DNA of 24,382 nt, from the IMG/VR virus record IMGVR_UViG_3300025896_000025; one strand, given 5' to 3'. Position 1 is the first letter of the stretch. Each line of letters begins with the position of its first letter. A model generated the notes under the pieces. The model was given only the letters and a program-made list of their open reading frames with translations. It did no database searches and was not told the origin of the DNA. Source of the DNA: an uncultured virus (IMG/VR IMGVR_UViG_3300025896_000025) (Duplodnaviria; Heunggongvirae; Uroviricota; Caudoviricetes). Shown piece by piece: positions 1 to 8,466 of this stretch. Made by a program: the position numbers and the translations under genes.

Positions 1-1763
1 AAGCTCAGTCCGATCGAGGGGCTTGCATCGAGCTTCATGACCTTGAAGATGTCTGGGTGGGAGCACATGATCTGATGAACCTCCTTTACGACCTGAGGTA
101 CTAGGCTATGGTGAGCACTGTATATAAGCTCATCATGGTTTGGGAGCATGAACCTAACATCACGCTTACTCCAACCTAGTGCCTTAAACCTATCCTCAAC
201 CCGAAGAATGGACCGCTTGGCGATCGTACTGCACGTACCCTGCACTAGAGAATTGACCGCCTGATTCTTAGCCCGACGCTGGATCTTATTGGCGATCTCG
301 TTCCAGAATGCTTGAACACCCTGGTTGTTGAAGTGAGCCATCTTAGCGTTCCACAAACGGCGCCATTCGTGTGTGGCTTCAAACCGTGTGCGTCGGTGAC
401 CATCAGGGAGTTGCACATACCCATCAGTCATACACTTGTTGATAACATCATCGCGCCACTGCTTTGCTACTTGGAATTTCTCCCAAAACAGCTCAGTGGC
501 AGCCCACATCTGCTCAGTGGTCCATCCTAGGCGTTGCCCTACGGTTGATAGAGCACCACTATAATACGCATTAAAGTTGGCCCCCTTGCCAATTTCTGTG
601 CGCCAGTAGGAGTACGCTTTCCCTGGCTGCATCATCTCCCCTTTGATATTTAGGAGGATGCCAGGGTTGATGAGGTCACAAGCTTCTTCCTCACACATCG
701 AGGGTAGACGCTTGAACAGATCCAAGGTGATATCTGGAAACTTCACCTTCAGAACACTGGCAGCAGCACCAGCGTGTAGGTCCTTGTGAGGTAGCTGACC
801 AAAAGCTTCGACGAAGCTGGGGTCCTGGGAGAACTCTCCAATCTCCACCAGCTCGATACCGGACCAATCTAAAGAGACAACGATGTGATCATCGTAATCA
901 CCCTGATAGAAGCCACGGACATAAGTTCCATCGCCACGTTTACTGAGCTGATTCCCGTTGGGTGCTGACATAGCCATGCGGCGGGAAGCCAGTTTGGATG
1001 TCAGGACCGGATACATTCTCAGGCTCTCAGGATCTGTAAGCTGTTCATAGGGCGTGAGGAACAGCTTCATCCTGGTATCGATGCTTGCCATCTCGGTAAG
1101 CGCGGACACGATCTTGAGGGCTGCGGGATTCGTCAGTTCCTCACGGATCTTACCACGGGCCTCACCATCAGAGCTTGTCTTACCATCCGAGATGATGAGC
1201 TTAGCTCCGATCAGATCGTAAAGGAGCACGCGCTGCGGCATATAGTGCGAGAAGTTCGGTCCATCAGGCTGCTTGACCGACCGTTCGGTGGCCCAGGCAT
1301 TAGGGACAGCACCCCTAGCTCGCAGCGCCTCAGTGAAATCGTCCGAGGAACTGTCCAGAAGCGCCCAGCTTTCGATAGAGGACCGATAACCCTTCGAGTT
1401 TTTTGCATACCAAGCGTCGCGCTCAGCAAGAGATTTGTTCGGGATAGTGGGAAAGGGTAGAAGCCCTCGAATGCCTTCACGTAGCGTCCTCAACGCAGCG
1501 GCATAGTTTGACCGCTCTTCATCTCGCTTGCTCTTGATCTCCTTGAGATTGACAGACAGACCCTCCTTCCACACATTAGCGTAGATGGGCACCATACGGT
1601 TCTCGGTATCGATGAAGGTCTGGACCAAACCAGGGTTCACCTTCATCATCTTATCGAGCGCTGCATGAAAGACCTTCACACACCAGAAAGCGTCGTCACA
1701 TCCGTACCCAACTACCTCATCACCGGTTAGTTGACGCATACCAGAGCGCTTACCCAGCACCTC
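1..1763 (-). CDS. polA: Family A DNA polymerase, C-terminal part (ExoIII plus polymerase domain); runs off the window edge
   Basis: Manual translation in frame with 1764..2462 past the TAA is open to position 1. It shows ExoIII YGCDDA, motif A SLDWSGIELV (~852-875), motif B RTEIGKGANFNAYYSG (~555-603), NSLVQGTCSTIAK, and motif C PNHDEL (~126-143). Absent from the ORF track. Confidence 0.93.
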
Positions 1764-2462
1764 TTAATACGTGACCATTGAATAGTTGAAGAGTGACTTA
1801 ACACATTTCTTGAGAGCATATCCGATGCAGATATCACGGACATAGCCATTATAGGAAAACTTCGCCTCAGACTCCTTTGCCGTGATCTTGTTCATCAACT
1901 CTATTTGAGCGACTGTCAGACTATCACGGTTACCATCATATGTACTCGCAAGACGAAATAACTCAGGTAGGAGTGCACCAATGCCACCCAAACCAGCAGC
2001 GACGAAGTCACCAATGTCATACTCATCTGGTGATACCGCTGAGACCATCATTTGAAGGGAACAAATGATAGGATCCAGGATCAGACCGTGGGTGTTCTCC
2101 AACACCGTAAGTTCGAACGGAGCATTATGAGCAATGTAGGTTGAGGTCGGGTTACGCTTCTCAAGAAGCTTGGCGAATAGATGGAACGGTATCCGGTTCT
2201 CAACGTCGGCGTGAAGGAAGTTTGCGTAGTATGAGTATGGGGATCCATCGATGTGAAGCGAAGCCCCACAGAGATCCTGCCTACGCTGATCGAACACTAG
2301 TCGGGTCTTGTTGTTGTACTGCTCCAGTCCCGCGTGACGCCTATGGTTATCCGTCTCGATATCGATCCCAATGAACCCAGCGGTGCTGAGTTCGGCCTCA
2401 ATTTGAGGGGCTAGAGAAGTGTAGCTTCTGGCATCCAGGAGGAGAGGAATAGTTGAGTTCAT
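1764..2462 (-). CDS. polA: Family A DNA polymerase, N-terminal 3'-5' exonuclease part, ended by an in-frame TAA
   Basis: ExoI IGIDIETD and ExoII IAHNAPFE. ATG at 2462 overlaps the upstream TGA (ATGA). Stop TAA at 1764-1766, after which the same frame continues. Confidence 0.88.
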   Translation of the reverse strand: MNSTIPLLLDARSYTSLAPQIEAELSTAGFIGIDIETDNHRRHAGLEQYNNKTRLVFDQRRQDLCGASLHIDGSPYSYYANFLHADVENRIPFHLFAKLLEKRNPTSTYIAHNAPFELTVLENTHGLILDPIICSLQMMVSAVSPDEYDIGDFVAAGLGGIGALLPELFRLASTYDGNRDSLTVAQIELMNKITAKESEAKFSYNGYVRDICIGYALKKCVKSLFNYSMVTY

Positions 2463-2920
2463 GCGACATGTGCCCAAGTGATATTTCTTCGAACCTTATA
2501 GATTGTTTGGTAACGAACTCCATAACATAGAGCGAGTTCTTGATCAGTACGTGGATCTGATCTAATTGCTCGTACTATATCTTCAGAAAGTTTTGCATTA
2601 GATGACGCCGAACCTTTTATTCCTGAGGGTTTGTGACGACCTTTACGTACACAATCACGTATATTATACGTTTGGTCAGCTAGAATTAAGTGTCTAGGAT
2701 TGACACAAGAAGGATTATCACAAGTATGACACACGCTATCACTTGTTGATAATAGAATACCTTGTCGTGTGAAAATATATCTGTGCGCGTATGTGTGTTG
2801 ACCATTCAAATAGAATTTTCCATAACCTCGCTTAAATTTATGACTTATCCACTCCCAACAATCGTCAGGCCCACGGATATCGACCTTCTCCCAGAAGCGC
2901 TCCTCAACCGTCTTTTTCAC
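2459..2920 (-). CDS. Free-standing HNH homing endonuclease with C-terminal HTH
   Basis: FWEKVD..DDCWEW..GYG..YAHR..VCHTCDNPSCVNPRHL..N..D, then AKLSEDIVRAIR..ELA..YGV..TI. Visibly AT-richer than its flanks. Confidence 0.92.
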   Translation of the reverse strand: MKKTVEERFWEKVDIRGPDDCWEWISHKFKRGYGKFYLNGQHTYAHRYIFTRQGILLSTSDSVCHTCDNPSCVNPRHLILADQTYNIRDCVRKGRHKPSGIKGSASSNAKLSEDIVRAIRSDPRTDQELALCYGVRYQTIYKVRRNITWAHVA

Positions 2921-3138
2921 TTAATCTCCACCTCATAGCCGAGACCCTGGAGGATCTTATAGGCGAGCTCGTAGGGCATCAGATTAGAAAGAAGACCGCC
3001 ATTGAGGTGATCATCCCCTCCATCATCAAACCAAGTCACACCAAACTCGTCGGTTATGATCATGCGATCATAGGTGAGTGGGCCACAGTCCTCACATTCA
3101 TAATCATCGGAGGTGTATCGTATCGTGAGCTTACTCAT
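2917..3138 (-). CDS. Small acidic hypothetical protein (CxxC)
   Basis: 73 aa with DDYECEDCG; start/stop overlaps on both sides. Confidence 0.8.
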   Translation of the reverse strand: MSKLTIRYTSDDYECEDCGPLTYDRMIITDEFGVTWFDDGGDDHLNGGLLSNLMPYELAYKILQGLGYEVEIK

Positions 3139-3845
3139 TGCAGATAACTCCTAAGCATAGCATCTCCCTTATCGAAGTTGGGCACTCCAACCGAGAGATG
3201 CTGTTGGATTTGATCGAGCGGCACGTCGAAGAAGCCAGTGATTTGCCAGTACCTGTGGAGTTCAAAGAAGTTATCCAAGATTTTCTGTCTAGCTGGATCG
3301 TCATCTAGCATGTAATATGCACCATGTGTAAAGATCCGTTGAACATACTCCTTATCAATCTTCTCAAACGACTTCGGCCCAAACCCCTTCAAACCTGGGA
3401 TATTGTCCGCACTATCCCCTACCAAAGTCTTGTACAATCTAACATACTTCGGCTCTACACCTGGGATCGGCTTAGCATCACAAGGCACACCCAGCGCCAG
3501 ATAGTCACTGTCATTGCTTACAATGTGACACTCACTCACAGACTTGGCGAAGGTCGCAATCACATCGTCCGCCTCGTACCCAGGCACAGTGACCTGCATC
3601 GCGCTTGTGTGTACCAGCAACTCCTTCACGAATTGGACGGTGGCCCTGATGTCGTCGGGAGTCTTAGGGCGACCCATCTTGTACTCGGGATAGATAGAGC
3701 GACGACGCGCGTTGCCGTCAGGTGCATCCCATACCCAGAGATCGGTGTCCTTGGCGTTAGAGAATATATTGCGAGGGACTAGGCCGGTGAGATCGGAGTC
3801 TAGTCTCCTTCTCATGAAATTTTGGCCGTCGATCAATCTCAGCAT
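3135..3845 (-). CDS. 5'-3' exonuclease / flap endonuclease (PolI N-terminal / T5 D15 family)
   Basis: LIDGQN, RRSIYPEYKMGR, YEADDVIAT, SNDSD, and helix-3-turn-helix LVGDSADNIPGLKGFGPK. Confidence 0.93.
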   Translation of the reverse strand: MLRLIDGQNFMRRRLDSDLTGLVPRNIFSNAKDTDLWVWDAPDGNARRRSIYPEYKMGRPKTPDDIRATVQFVKELLVHTSAMQVTVPGYEADDVIATFAKSVSECHIVSNDSDYLALGVPCDAKPIPGVEPKYVRLYKTLVGDSADNIPGLKGFGPKSFEKIDKEYVQRIFTHGAYYMLDDDPARQKILDNFFELHRYWQITGFFDVPLDQIQQHLSVGVPNFDKGDAMLRSYLQ

Positions 3846-4420
3846 GAGGGTTTAGCTACGTGGAAGATGCGGGGCTCGGGCTTATAGCCACAGAACCACT
3901 TCCAAATATACCAAGCGTAATTGTGGCGCGGCGCACCTGTGCTCCCTGCGATCCAACGAGGACGCCAAGTTAGTACGAGCTTGGAGTGAAATGGCATCTC
4001 ATTAAAGAGGTCTCTACGTGATTTGGCGCAATCCCATTCATTACGCATCAACATTGCGACAGTACCATCGTGTGGCTGCATAAGCTTGATAGCATGACGC
4101 ACGAATTTTTCCGCGATATCCCCATAAGGCGGGTTCGTAACTATGTGATTTATAGTGTTTACTGGCGGACCACTCATATCAAAGAAGTCAATTCCTGAAC
4201 ATCCAAAACCATAGTCCTTGATATCTGATGAGATAGTAGGGGCATAAGTTTCAAGGACTTCGGACATCGATCCGGTTCCACATGCAGGTTCCCAAATCTC
4301 ATCCGTACGTTGAAGATGAAGATAACCCATCAATGCAATAGTGACTTCCCTAGGTGTGGGATAATGATCAAGCTCCTCACGCTTGTAGTCGTACTGACCG
4401 GTCATAGCGGGATCTAACAT
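3839..4420 (-). CDS. SAM-dependent DNA amino-methyltransferase (probably N6-adenine)
   Basis: DHYPTP, motif I WEPACGTG, motif IV IVTNPPY; RBS AGGGAG. Confidence 0.88.
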   Translation of the reverse strand: MLDPAMTGQYDYKREELDHYPTPREVTIALMGYLHLQRTDEIWEPACGTGSMSEVLETYAPTISSDIKDYGFGCSGIDFFDMSGPPVNTINHIVTNPPYGDIAEKFVRHAIKLMQPHDGTVAMLMRNEWDCAKSRRDLFNEMPFHSKLVLTWRPRWIAGSTGAPRHNYAWYIWKWFCGYKPEPRIFHVAKPSC

Positions 4421-4737
4421 ACAAACTCCCTATCCAGTGATCTGTAATGACCCAACTGTTCGACGGTGTGGCGGCGGTGGCAGTTACAACAAAGGACCCT
4501 GCACTTATCGATCTCGGATTGGATCTTCTCTAATCCATTTCCGTTCGATACCAGTGTGGAAATGTTCGCCGTCTTGGTCGCTTGATCCAAGTGATCGAAT
4601 TCTAGAACGATCGGATCCGCCTCGCCACAGTGAGCACAGGGGTGAGTGACTAGATAGAGCCAGACATACTCTCTGGCCCTTAGTCGTTTCAGTTGGCTTT
4701 TGTTGAGTGGAAGATTAGAAGAGATAGAAAGAAGGGA
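4414..4737 (-). pseudogene. Zinc-binding HNH endonuclease frame lacking a canonical start codon
   Basis: Manual translation: ...PLNKSQLKRLRAREYVWLYLVTHPCAHCGEADPIVLEFDHLDQATK...EIDKCRVLCCNCHRRHT...FVC*. There is no ATG/GTG/TTG before the HNH motif, only CTG at 4692, and no RBS. Confidence 0.8.
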
Positions 4738-4767
4738 TTATCTCGCATGTAAGATGCGAGATAATCC
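4725..4767 (-). terminator. Intrinsic terminator-like hairpin after the SSB-like gene
   Basis: Perfect 14-bp stem GGATTATCTCGCAT/ATGCGAGATAATCC (4735-4767), 5-nt loop, followed by CTTCTTTCT on the minus strand, 10 nt after the stop at 4778. Confidence 0.75.
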
Positions 4768-4777
4768 AGATCCTTAG

Positions 4778-5455
4778 TTACGCAGCCTGAGCAACCGTCT
4801 CGATACCTGCGACATCCAAGGGGGTGAACGAGATAATCCCCCACTTGAAACCATTCTCAGCCCGAGAAACGTGGCCGAGCTTAGTACGCACAGTCTTAGT
4901 CTTCCAACCCTTCTTGTTGCAGTCTCGGAGGTATGCCTTGAAAAGCTTGAAGTTGGTCGTAGAAGTGGTGTGACCAATCATCGTACCAGCCTCAGCAAGA
5001 ACCTTGCCGTTAACAACAAAGTCCTCCGTAACCTCCATTGGGATATCGACGGCAGTATAAACCTGCGCTTCCTTCCCCGTCACACGGGCTGCCTGGGCCA
5101 GAACATCGGTCCAGGAACCACCCCCAACGACAGTAACACCATCGCGAGTTTTCTTATAAGTAGGCTGTCCACCCTGAGGGCCATACTTAACCATCTGGTA
5201 AGGAACAACCTCGGTCAGGTCGATATTGACGATCATCTCATCGAACAAGACCTTGTCTTCAGAGCCAAGGGCCATGCCATTATAGCCGACCTTCAACCAG
5301 TCATCGACTGCAAGGCCAGAGGAGAGGACGTCGTCCAGGGTCAAGTCATGACCCCGAGTAGCAACCTGCGTTGCCTGAGTGGCAGTAGCAGGGACCGCTG
5401 CATTGACGGCAGCGGCCTGGGCGACTGCCATGATGTCGTTAATATCCATAGCCAT
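4778..5455 (-). CDS. Replication-module protein, possibly ssDNA-binding
   Basis: 225 aa, RBS AAGGA, Ala/Thr-rich N-terminus then a beta-rich body, flanked by hairpins. Function inferred only from its position between helicase and exonuclease/polymerase. Confidence 0.6.
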   Translation of the reverse strand: MAMDINDIMAVAQAAAVNAAVPATATQATQVATRGHDLTLDDVLSSGLAVDDWLKVGYNGMALGSEDKVLFDEMIVNIDLTEVVPYQMVKYGPQGGQPTYKKTRDGVTVVGGGSWTDVLAQAARVTGKEAQVYTAVDIPMEVTEDFVVNGKVLAEAGTMIGHTTSTTNFKLFKAYLRDCNKKGWKTKTVRTKLGHVSRAENGFKWGIISFTPLDVAGIETVAQAA

Positions 5456-5508
5456 TAGTTTTCAGTCCTTAGGTTCAAGTTTACGGTTTGTGGTTGAGCT
5501 TTAGATAT

Positions 5509-5541
5509 GGAAAGACCCGACGCTTTTACAACGCCGGGCCT
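5509..5541 (-). terminator. GC-rich hairpin after the helicase (terminator or processing site)
   Basis: Minus strand AGGCCCGGCGTT-GTAAA-AGCGTCGGGTCT-TTCC; the G-U pairs work on the minus-strand RNA. Confidence 0.55.
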
Positions 5542-5564
5542 GGGTCGAAGTGGTTTATGATCTA

Positions 5565-6956
5565 CTAATGAATAGTGATTAGTTCCCTTGTTGGATCGAT
5601 CTTATTCACTGTCGCGGACTTCTTCCGTACGATCTCGTAGATCCTGTCCTCCACCTTGGCGTTGTATTTCAGGATGGTGATACGAAGTACCGTCTTCCGA
5701 ACCCCTCTCACCACGCGCATGTAAGCCTGAACGAAGTCATCGTCATTGTAATTCAGGCTGCAGAAGATGATGTGGTCGACCTCCTTTCCATCTGGACCCC
5801 AGTGCTGCCAGTTGAAACCAACCGACGCCGTGGGAGGTGTTGCTACGATATATTGGATGCGACCCGCTTGGAAGTCCTGGTCTACCCTTCCTCTCTCAGC
5901 GAAGCTCTTCTGACCATGGATCACTCCACCTTGTAGACCTAGACTGGAGAGCAGTCTGTGGATCCGCTCGACCTCTCGGGTGAAGACAGCAAACACCACG
6001 AACGGGGTACCATTACGGAGATGGTCGGTGGCCAGCACCTCCAACCGTTCATCCTTGGCGGTCGGCTCGTCACCGACTACGCTCTCAATTCCGTCTAGTG
6101 GGTTGCTGATTTCGTGCGGGTGCGCAAGAATCTGCCTCGCGCGTATCTGATTGACGCCTGGAATGCTACCATCGAGGTAGCTGTCTTCGAGCTCAAGGAG
6201 GGCATCCTTCTCGAAGGTGAGATAGGCTTTCTTCTGTCGAGGGTTCATTTCAACCTCCTCGACGATGACCACCTTCTCCTGCTCTCCGTAGGTTTCAGCG
6301 AAGGTGCGCCTCCAGCCGAAGAGACCCATGATCTTGGCGATCTTCTCGGTGTTTCGCCAGCCTAGGACGTTCCCATAATTATCCGTCCATTCGTGATAGG
6401 CTCGAAAGGCGGCAAAGTTGCCGTACAGACGGGGCTCCAGGAGGTGGGCCACAGGGTAGAAGGCTGTGAGATTTCCTTGGATGATGGTACCCGACATGAA
6501 CACCAAATAAGGTGTGGTTCTCATGAACTGGTACAGAGCTTGAGTGCGCTTTGATTCATGCCCCTTGTAAAGCATATGCGACTCGTCGATCACGACGAGA
6601 CTGATTGTGTAGAGCTCCTTGAGCCGGGGGCCGTAGCTGGCCAGAGCCTCGGCGGTCATAAAAAAACCCCGAGCACCTGACTCGATCTGAGCCAGCTTCT
6701 GCTTCGGGGTTCCCTTGATGATCACGAGCTCGTCGGTGGTAAGCGGCGTGAACCTAGTCATTTCGATCAGGTTCTTCTGGAGCAGGCTCGACGGCTGAAC
6801 CCACACAAACCGGCTGTTATCATCCTTGGTCCGGTAGTGGGAATAGACGCAGGAAGGTGCGGTCTTCCCTGTCCCTGGCTCCGAAGCGTTGACACACCTC
6901 GGGAGCTTCATCATCAGGGACAGGTCGGCTATCTGATATTCTCTTAAATTTTCCAT
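5565..6956 (-). CDS. SF2 (SNF2-like) DNA helicase
   Basis: LREYQ Q-motif, Walker A SEPGTGKT, Walker B VIDESH, MSGT, ASVGFN, QAYMRVVR. Start placed at ATG 6956 after GGGGAG. Confidence 0.9.
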   Translation of the reverse strand: MENLREYQIADLSLMMKLPRCVNASEPGTGKTAPSCVYSHYRTKDDNSRFVWVQPSSLLQKNLIEMTRFTPLTTDELVIIKGTPKQKLAQIESGARGFFMTAEALASYGPRLKELYTISLVVIDESHMLYKGHESKRTQALYQFMRTTPYLVFMSGTIIQGNLTAFYPVAHLLEPRLYGNFAAFRAYHEWTDNYGNVLGWRNTEKIAKIMGLFGWRRTFAETYGEQEKVVIVEEVEMNPRQKKAYLTFEKDALLELEDSYLDGSIPGVNQIRARQILAHPHEISNPLDGIESVVGDEPTAKDERLEVLATDHLRNGTPFVVFAVFTREVERIHRLLSSLGLQGGVIHGQKSFAERGRVDQDFQAGRIQYIVATPPTASVGFNWQHWGPDGKEVDHIIFCSLNYNDDDFVQAYMRVVRGVRKTVLRITILKYNAKVEDRIYEIVRKKSATVNKIDPTRELITIH

Positions 6957-7636
6957 TCTCCCCGCATCACCTTCCTGGCCACCGTTCCTCCGATCCTCTC
7001 CCAAGGGAGCTCGATCAAATCGCTTAGTTCACGGTTAGCTAATTTAGTCTCCACTACCTTGAAGGCTGGAGGCGGGATCATCTGCTCCCGCCCGATGACG
7101 ATCAGGTTGCGAGGCTTGCCCCACGCTCCCGCTGCCATCTGCTCCAGCTTCTCGATGTGCATCGACATTGCATCGACGAGGACCAAGGGCTGCACATTGG
7201 TAATCTCCAGTTGAGCAGCAGCCTGTCGAGCCGTGATGTTATAGATAGTCTTGACCACCGGTTCGAGGGGTGCCGACATCTTACTTAGAAGGGCTAGTAC
7301 CTCGGCGCAGTTAGGCCAGTGGTACGAGAACACCAGTCGGTTTGGTGTTCTCGGTACCGGGAGGAGAGCCTGGAGGAGGGGATCATCCTCCACCATCTCG
7401 CAGAACGCCTCCCAGTGATGAGACGCAGGTGCGGCCTCGTTGATCCTGATGTCGTGAGGGCAGTGTCGAATGTCCCCGGCCGGTCTCACGCGGAACGGGG
7501 AAGTCAGGCTCATACCCAACGCATTGGTTGCGGTGGGTTCTCGACGAGTTGAACCCGCGCGGGGTGTCTTCTGCTGCTCTAAGAAGGATATACCATGGGG
7601 GGTAGTGTGGATCCCGAAATAGGGTACATTAGGCAC
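6944..7636 (-). CDS. Hypothetical phage protein
   Basis: 230-aa ORF overlapping both neighbours in the operon; no motif recognised. Confidence 0.75.
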   Translation of the reverse strand: MPNVPYFGIHTTPHGISFLEQQKTPRAGSTRREPTATNALGMSLTSPFRVRPAGDIRHCPHDIRINEAAPASHHWEAFCEMVEDDPLLQALLPVPRTPNRLVFSYHWPNCAEVLALLSKMSAPLEPVVKTIYNITARQAAAQLEITNVQPLVLVDAMSMHIEKLEQMAAGAWGKPRNLIVIGREQMIPPPAFKVVETKLANRELSDLIELPWERIGGTVARKVMRGEWKI

Positions 7637-7811
7637 GGTATAATCCTTTTTCTCTGAGCCTTAGGTATCTACGCTTTATGTGACAATTGGGTTCGCTACC
7701 AGCGGCTATCGTGATGATTCCGCGACATAGCGTACGTTTCCCCTCATCGTCTTTCGAGTGATACAGCTTGGCTAGTGTGAAATATCTGACCGCAGATTCA
7801 ATCAGCATCCG
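7629..7811 (-). CDS. Small basic hypothetical protein
   Basis: Likely start MLIESAVR after AAGGGA; fills the gap in the operon. Confidence 0.6.
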   Translation of the reverse strand, partial: RMLIESAVRYFTLAKLYHSKDDEGKRTLCRGIITIAAGSEPNCHIKRRYLRLREKGLYRA

Positions 7812-8274
7812 ATCCCTTTTTGGGTGGTGGTTTGATGTCATAGGTTGGATCGATCAGCTCGTGCAGTTGTACACCCATATACCCGGCAATACGCATAAGC
7901 TGACTCAGGGTTGGGTCACCAAGGCCCAATCGGAAGAGGGTAAGGAGCTGTGATGAGATGTTCAATTGGACAGCTACGTCGGTGATACGCTCCTTGGTCA
8001 CGCGCCAGACGTAGTCGTTGAACCTAGCCCCTGCATGAACGTGCAGTTGAGAAAGCGTAGGCTTGTCATAGATGGCAGCGGGGTGCTCCACACCTCCTGG
8101 ACAGCCCCCTTTTCGAGTTGACCGCTCTCCCGAATCACGCAGAACGACTCTGATGGTTTGGGGTGAGACCCCATATTTGTCGGCAAGGGCCTTAGGCCCG
8201 ATCTTGCCTGACTGCCACTCTTTGCAGATGGCAGCGTTGCGTTCTTTGATGGCTGGGCTTGGGGTCCTGCTCAT
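7798..8274 (-). CDS. Transcriptional regulator with two HTH-like regions (candidate repressor)
   Basis: N-terminal ERNAAIC..KALADKYGVSPQTIRVVL and C-terminal XRE-like DVAVQLNISSQLL..G..DPTLSQLMRIAGYMGVQLHELI; adjacent to attP. Confidence 0.8.
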   Translation of the reverse strand: MSRTPSPAIKERNAAICKEWQSGKIGPKALADKYGVSPQTIRVVLRDSGERSTRKGGCPGGVEHPAAIYDKPTLSQLHVHAGARFNDYVWRVTKERITDVAVQLNISSQLLTLFRLGLGDPTLSQLMRIAGYMGVQLHELIDPTYDIKPPPKKGSDAD

Positions 8275-8278
8275 GGGA

Positions 8279-8296
8279 GTAACACATATGTGTCAC
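8279..8296. promoter_or_regulatory. 18-bp imperfect palindrome (operator or integrase arm sites)
   Basis: GTAACACATATGTGTCAC with one mismatched pair, 4 nt upstream of the regulator ATG. Confidence 0.5.
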
Positions 8297-8330
8297 GCGA
8301 ACCTGCTCCTAGTTGAATGTACTGCTGGTA

Positions 8331-8451
8331 CAACCCCTTGAAAACGCTGGCTTCGACCCCTAATCGTTGCAGACAGGGCACACTAGCCGCTAACTGCAAA
8401 TCCTTGCACGTCGGTTCGATTCCGGCCCGGGCCTCCAACCAACCCCTTGAT
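8331..8451. repeat. Direct repeat CAACCCCTTGA flanking the attP core (IHF-site-like)
   Basis: Copies at 8331-8341 and 8440-8450. Reverse complements TTTCAAGGGGTTG and GATCAAGGGGTTG each match WATCAANNNNTTR with one mismatch. Confidence 0.65.
8393..8437 (+). mobile_element. attP core: 3' half of tRNA-Cys(GCA)
   Basis: ACTGCAAATCCTTGCACGTCGGTTCGATTCCGGCCCGGGCCTCCA contains the anticodon loop, T-arm and acceptor 3' strand with CCA. No 5' half lies upstream. It is about 30 nt from the integrase stop. Confidence 0.92.
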
Positions 8452-8466
8452 CCGCCTCGTATTTTT

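Noticed and set aside
1764..1766. Genome-wide TAA reassignment or an intron in polA
   Set aside because: TAA ends many other genes here normally, and the polA frame continues directly with no inserted sequence.
8360..8437. Complete phage-encoded tRNA-Cys
   Set aside because: The 5' acceptor strand (expected GGCCCGG), D-arm and 5' anticodon stem are absent. Only the 3' half is present, consistent with attP.
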